A DNA stretch of 64,000 nucleotides from Desulfobacteraceae bacterium. GTDB lineage: Bacteria > Desulfobacterota > Desulfobacteria > Desulfobacterales > JALSRD01. A program made the translations under genes and the position numbers. Shown here piece by piece: positions 59,428-64,000 of this stretch (positions are counted from its first letter, which is position 1; every line of letters begins with the position of its first letter). The DNA is taken from NCBI GenBank assembly GCA_027061725.1, contig JAMOVG010000382.1, positions 15,644-79,643 on the forward strand, in the 5' to 3' direction. The notes under the pieces are model-generated. The model worked only from the letters and a program-made list of their open reading frames with translations, had not been told where the DNA came from and did not search any database.

Positions 59428-61536
59428 ATGAATCCGGCAAACGACGACATAGGCGGCCTGCGGGCCCCCGCTTGGATCCTGTGGCTGATGGTGTGGGCGA
59501 CGCTCTGCCTGGCGCCGTCCGCAACCTGCGCACAGAGCGCCCGGAAAACGGCGGCCGACTCCGCCGCCCGTTTCGTTACCATCGATTTCAACGATGTGGA
59601 CATCGGGGTCTTCATCAAGTTCATCAGCGAGCTGACCGGCAAGAATTTTGTCATCGACCGCCGCGTGCGTGGCAAGGTGACCGTTATTTCGCCCTCCCGC
59701 ATATCGGTGCAGGAAGCCTACCGCGTGTTCGAATCGGTGCTCGAGGTGCACGGCTACACCACGGTCAGGGCCGGAAAGGTCATCAAGATCGTGCCGGCCC
59801 CCGACGCCCGCACCAAAAACATCGAGACCCTGCTGCGCGAAGAGCACGGCCGCGCCGAAGACAAGGTCGTCACCCAGCTGATCCAGCTGAAATACGCCGA
59901 CGCCACCGAGATCCGCCGCCTGTTCACGCCGCTGATCTCCAAGAGCAGCGTCATGCTGGCCTACCCGCCCACCAACACCGTCATCGTCACCGACGTCTAC
60001 TCCAACATCAAGCGCCTGCTCAAGATCCTGAAGGCCGTCGACGTGCCCGGCATGGGCCAGGAACTGACGGTCATGCCCCTGAAGTACGCCGATGCCGCCG
60101 ATCTGGTCAAAATCCTGCAGACCGTTTTCCGCACCCGGCGCAAGCCCAAAAAGGGCGAGCCGTCCGCGGTGGCACGCTTTGTGGCCGACGAACGCACCGG
60201 CAGCATCATTCTGCTGGCCAGCGAAATCGAGACCAAGAAGATCAAGAACCTGATCCAGATGCTCGACAAGGAGGCGCCCAAGGGCAGCGAGCGCGTGCGG
60301 GTCTACTACCTGGAAAACGCCTCGGCCGAAGAACTGGTCAAAGTGCTCCAGGAGATGCCCAAAAAGAAAACCACCGCCAAGAAGGGCAAAACACAGCCCT
60401 CGGCCATCTCCGAAGACGTCAAGATCACGGCCGACAAGGCCACCAACAGCCTGATCATCACCGCCAAAAAGGAGGACTACGCCGTCCTCGAGGAAATCAT
60501 CCGCAAATTGGACATCCCGCGGGCCATGGTCTACATCGAGGCGCTGATCATGGAGGTCAACGTCACCAAGGACTTTCGCCTGGGCACCGAGTGGGTGCTC
60601 GGCGACCAGGTCAACGTACGCGGCCGCAAGGCCATCGCGGGGGGCGGTTTTTCAGGTGGATCTCTGGGGGCGCTGCCCGGCGACGACGGCTACCAGGGCC
60701 TGGCGCCCGGCGATGGGGCCAAGATCCCCCTGCCGCCCGGCTTCAGCATGGGCATCTTCGGGCCGGCTCTGAAAATCGGGAACCTCGTCTTTCCCAACAT
60801 CTCGGCCATCGTGCAGGCCTACCAGAAAGACCGTGACGTCAACATCCTGTCCACCCCCCAGATCCTGACCACCGACAACCAGGAGGCCAGCATCATGGTG
60901 GGCAAGAACATCCCCTTCCAGACCAAGTCCACCACCACCAACAACGAGACATTCAGCTCCTTCGAGTACCGCGACGTGGGCAAAATGCTCAAGGTGACCC
61001 CCATCATCAGCAAGGACAACATGGTGCGCCTGAATATCTCGCTGGAGGTCACGGCGCTGGAGTCCACCACCGACTTCCGGCCCACCACGCTCAAGCGCAA
61101 CATCAACACCACGGTCATCGTGCGCGACGGCGGCACCGTGGTGCTCGGTGGCCTGATCGAGGACCTGGGCGTCACGGCGGACTACAAGCTGCCGTGCCTG
61201 GGAAGCGTGCCGCTCATCGGCTGGCTTTTCCGCTCACGGGCCAACGCAGGCGAAAAATCCAATCTCTACATCTTTCTCACGCCCCACGTGATCAACAATC
61301 CCAAGGACGCCCTGCACGTTTACGAGAAGAAACGCGGGTACATCGACCGTATCAAGAGCGGGCACATCAAGATGTACGAAAGGGGGCTGAAGAGCAACCC
61401 GCCGACCGGCGAGCCTTCCCGGGGCCAGGGAATTTCTCCCGGTGAGGCCGTGAAAAAACCGATTCAGCCCCAGAGCGGTGGGATCGACAATCCGGCCGGC
61501 AGCGGGGTGCCGCCAACGAAATCCGGCAGCTTCTGA
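59428..61536 (+). CDS. gspD: Type II secretion system secretin GspD
   Basis: I prefer ATG 59428; the track uses GTG 59401. N0 domain (FVTIDFNDVDIGVFIKFISELTGKNFVID), N1-N3 repeats, and secretin core (LPCLGSVPLIGWLFRSRANAGEKSNLYIFLTPHVI). The C-terminal tail is Pro/Gly-rich. Confidence 0.9.
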   Translation: MNPANDDIGGLRAPAWILWLMVWATLCLAPSATCAQSARKTAADSAARFVTIDFNDVDIGVFIKFISELTGKNFVIDRRVRGKVTVISPSRISVQEAYRVFESVLEVHGYTTVRAGKVIKIVPAPDARTKNIETLLREEHGRAEDKVVTQLIQLKYADATEIRRLFTPLISKSSVMLAYPPTNTVIVTDVYSNIKRLLKILKAVDVPGMGQELTVMPLKYADAADLVKILQTVFRTRRKPKKGEPSAVARFVADERTGSIILLASEIETKKIKNLIQMLDKEAPKGSERVRVYYLENASAEELVKVLQEMPKKKTTAKKGKTQPSAISEDVKITADKATNSLIITAKKEDYAVLEEIIRKLDIPRAMVYIEALIMEVNVTKDFRLGTEWVLGDQVNVRGRKAIAGGGFSGGSLGALPGDDGYQGLAPGDGAKIPLPPGFSMGIFGPALKIGNLVFPNISAIVQAYQKDRDVNILSTPQILTTDNQEASIMVGKNIPFQTKSTTTNNETFSSFEYRDVGKMLKVTPIISKDNMVRLNISLEVTALESTTDFRPTTLKRNINTTVIVRDGGTVVLGGLIEDLGVTADYKLPCLGSVPLIGWLFRSRANAGEKSNLYIFLTPHVINNPKDALHVYEKKRGYIDRIKSGHIKMYERGLKSNPPTGEPSRGQGISPGEAVKKPIQPQSGGIDNPAGSGVPPTKSGSF

Positions 61537-61563
61537 CGACGGCTGCCGCGGGGACGTTTGCCA

Positions 61564-63339
61564 ATGGCCGAACAGGAAACCACCACCAGCGCCGCCTCCC
61601 TCGAAGAGCTGCTGACCGAACGGTTCGGGTTGTCGGAGGAGGCGCTCTCCGAGGCGCGCCGCATCCAGTCCGAAAAGGGCGGCAGCCTGGGAGACATCCT
61701 GGTGCGCCGCAAGGCGCTCAGCGAGGTCCAGCTGCAGGAGGCGCGCAGCGCCCTCTACGGCCTGCCCTTCTGGCGGACCCTGCCGCTGGAGCGGCTCAAG
61801 GGAGACTTCACCGAGAAAGTGCCCATCGGCTACCTCAAGCGTTACCTGGTGGTGCCGCTGGAAATGCCCCCCGATGAGCCGACGGGCGAGGGCCCGGCAG
61901 CGCCGGGCGGTGAGGGCGGCAACAGCCGGGGTGCAGGCGTCGTGCTGGCCATCAACGATCCGTCCCGCTTTCCCATGGTCGACGACCTGGCCCGGCTGCT
62001 GGAACTGGAACACTGGGAAGTGGTACTCGCCACCCGCAACGCCATCCTGGATGCCGTCAACATGGCCTACGACCTGACCCGCGACTCGGCCGAACAGCTG
62101 GTCCAGGACATGGAAGAGGACGGCAGCGACATCCTCGACGAGATCGAGGAATCGGCCGACCTGCTGGACGACACCAGCGACGCGCCCATCATTAAACTAG
62201 TCAACCACATCATATCGCAGTCCGTCAAGGCGCGTGCCAGCGACATCCACATCGAACCCTACCAGGACAGCTTCAAGGTGCGCTACCGGGTGGACGGCAT
62301 CCTCTACGATCTGCTCACGCCGCCCAAGTGGATCCAACCGGCCCTGACGTCGCGCATCAAGGTCATGGCCAAGCTCAACATTGCCGAAAAGCGCCTGCCC
62401 CAGGACGGCCGCATCAACGTCAAGATCGGCGACCAGGAGGTCGACATCCGGGTGTCCACCATCCCGACTTCCTTCGGCGAGCGGGTTGTGCTGCGGCTGC
62501 TCAACAAGTCCGGCGCCCTTTTCCAGCTCTCCGACCTTGGGCTGGTGCCGGAACAGCGCCGGCAACTCGAGGCCCTGATCAAGTCACCCAACGGCATTTT
62601 CCTTGTGACCGGCCCCACGGGCAGCGGCAAGACCACTACGCTCTACGCCATCCTGTCCTCCATCAACAAACCGGACATCAACATCATCACGGTCGAAGAC
62701 CCGGTGGAGTACCAGATCAAGGGCATCAGCCAGATCCAGGTCAACCCCAAGATCGACCTGACCTTCGCCCGCGGCCTGCGCTCCATCGTGCGCCAGGACC
62801 CCGACGTCATCCTGATCGGCGAAATCCGCGACCGCGAGACAGCCGACATCGCGGTGCAGTCGGCGCTGACCGGGCACCTGGTCTTCTCCACGCTGCACAC
62901 CAACGACTCGGCCAGTGCCATCACGCGCCTGGTGGACATCGGCGTGGAACCTTTCCTGATCTCCTCGTCGGTACTTGCGGTGGCGGCCCAGCGCCTGGTG
63001 CGCCGGCTGTGTGACGCGTGCAAGGAGCCTTTCAAACCCAGCGACGCGGTCCTGAAAACGGCCGGCATCTCCCCGCAGGACCTTACGGACGGACGCCTGT
63101 ACCGCGCCAAGGGGTGCCCCAAGTGCTTCAACACCGGCTACCGCGGGCGGGTGGGGATCTTCGAGATCATGGTGATGGACGATGCCCTGCGCAACCTCAT
63201 CCTGGAAACATACGACTCCAACCGCATCAAGGCCGAGGCCCTGCGCCAGGGCATGACCACCCTGCGCCAGGACGGCATCGCCAAGGTCATCGCCGGGATT
63301 TCCACCATCGAGGAAATCCTGAGGGTCACGCGGGTATGA
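61564..63339 (+). CDS. gspE: Type II secretion ATPase GspE
   Basis: I prefer ATG 61564; the track uses TTG 61558. Walker A GPTGSGKTTT, Asp box, Walker B DPDVILIGEIRD, His box. The tetracysteine motif CDACKE...CPKC is present. Confidence 0.93.
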   Translation: MAEQETTTSAASLEELLTERFGLSEEALSEARRIQSEKGGSLGDILVRRKALSEVQLQEARSALYGLPFWRTLPLERLKGDFTEKVPIGYLKRYLVVPLEMPPDEPTGEGPAAPGGEGGNSRGAGVVLAINDPSRFPMVDDLARLLELEHWEVVLATRNAILDAVNMAYDLTRDSAEQLVQDMEEDGSDILDEIEESADLLDDTSDAPIIKLVNHIISQSVKARASDIHIEPYQDSFKVRYRVDGILYDLLTPPKWIQPALTSRIKVMAKLNIAEKRLPQDGRINVKIGDQEVDIRVSTIPTSFGERVVLRLLNKSGALFQLSDLGLVPEQRRQLEALIKSPNGIFLVTGPTGSGKTTTLYAILSSINKPDINIITVEDPVEYQIKGISQIQVNPKIDLTFARGLRSIVRQDPDVILIGEIRDRETADIAVQSALTGHLVFSTLHTNDSASAITRLVDIGVEPFLISSSVLAVAAQRLVRRLCDACKEPFKPSDAVLKTAGISPQDLTDGRLYRAKGCPKCFNTGYRGRVGIFEIMVMDDALRNLILETYDSNRIKAEALRQGMTTLRQDGIAKVIAGISTIEEILRVTRV

Positions 63340-64000
63340 CGCGGCGCAGACGACTGCCGGCCATGGGCGGTAACGTCCTCCTGGCAGCAGCTCTGATCCT
63401 CACGGTGCTGTGCCGCGGCGCCATGGCCGGCGACATCCTGGTCATCGACGCCGATCGGCAGTTCGCCTTTGCCGAATCCCTTTTCGAACGGCACGAGTTT
63501 TCCCAGGCGGCCGCCGAATACGAGCGCTTCGTGCACTTTTTCCCCGACGACCAGCGGGTTCCGCTGGCCGCTTTCAAGATCGGGCAGTCCTACTTCGAGG
63601 GGCAGCGCTGGCAGGACGCCATCCGCCAACTGGGGACCTTTGCCGAGCGCTTCAGGGGCTCTCCGCTGGCGGCCCGGGCGCGTCTGCTGATGAGCCGCTG
63701 CTACCTGCGGCTGGGCGACGAGCGCAGCGCCCTGGCGGTGCTGTCACGCCTGACGGCGCAGCCGGAAAACCCGGCCGTGGCCGACGAGGCCTGGTACCGC
63801 ACGGGGTGGATTTACCTGGAAAACCTGGACTGGGAAAACGCCCGCAGGGCCTTCGGCCACATCGACACCGCCCGCGCCGACGCCTATCACCTGCCGGCGC
63901 TCTACGCCGGGTTGGACACGGCCGGGCAGCTGCCCGCCAAAGACCCCCGCGTGGCCGGGCTGCTGGCCGTGGTGCCCGGGGCGGGTTTCGCCTACTGCGG
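63336..64000 (+). CDS. Secreted or membrane TPR-repeat protein (partial, runs off the right edge)
   Basis: Not in the ORF track because it has no stop in the window. ATG 63336 overlaps the gspE stop (ATGA). My translation begins MTRRRRLPAMGGNVLLAAALILTVLCRGAMAG. TPR-like units follow (FAFAESLFERHEFSQAAAEYERFV, AAFKIGQSYFEGQRWQDAI, EAWYRTGWIYLENLDWENARRAF). Confidence 0.6.
   Translation, partial: MTRRRRLPAMGGNVLLAAALILTVLCRGAMAGDILVIDADRQFAFAESLFERHEFSQAAAEYERFVHFFPDDQRVPLAAFKIGQSYFEGQRWQDAIRQLGTFAERFRGSPLAARARLLMSRCYLRLGDERSALAVLSRLTAQPENPAVADEAWYRTGWIYLENLDWENARRAFGHIDTARADAYHLPALYAGLDTAGQLPAKDPRVAGLLAVVPGAGFAYC

Overview
High-GC (about 65-70% by hand counts of sample lines) bacterial chromosome segment. 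Its gene content looks Desulfobacterota/deltaproteobacterial, which is an inference from content, not a search result. All calls come from reading the ORF track and the DNA and recognising motifs; no database search was possible. I found no rRNA, tRNA, CRISPR array, IS element or prophage.

Gene order, left to right:
- der (partial), then the aapJQMP general amino-acid ABC transporter.
- A plus-strand four-gene cluster whose first gene is a DsbA-family oxidoreductase. The ORF track truncates it because it carries an in-frame TGA, a likely selenocysteine, at the first Cys of the CxxC motif. An O-methyltransferase, a hotdog thioesterase and a large polytopic membrane protein follow.
- AMP-nucleosidase-like protein, a Cys-rich small protein and an orphan kinase-like protein.
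- glpK-yhhN, preceded by a terminator-like leader hairpin, then an ArsP/COG0701-type permease.
- A visibly lower-GC island encoding an H-NOX (NO/heme sensor), a 1001-aa hybrid histidine kinase and a REC-HD-GYP phosphodiesterase, followed by an unexplained 590-bp non-coding gap.
- ridA and a ychF-like gene.
- A minus-strand carA-carB-purF-radical SAM-GDPD string.
- A three-gene split (archaeal-type) glutamate synthase with a textbook sigma-54 promoter.
- recN, an FmdB zinc ribbon, a PflX-like radical SAM protein, an SH3b protein and a TPR protein.
- A sensor kinase / sigma-54 activator pair.
- A 20-kb envelope-machine locus, the most unusual region. It holds an XRE-led pilMNOPQ operon and a Big-domain lipoprotein, then a terminator and a fresh sigma-70 promoter. 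A complete type II secretion set follows in the permuted order gspF-G-H-I-J-K-L-M-N-C-D-E, then a TPR gene.

Notable points in that locus are two secretins (one with a lipobox) and poly-lysine tails on PilN and PilO. No pilin, pilus ATPase or prepilin peptidase lies within the window.

Many long ORFs in the track are antisense or shadow ORFs of the GC-rich genes and were rejected.
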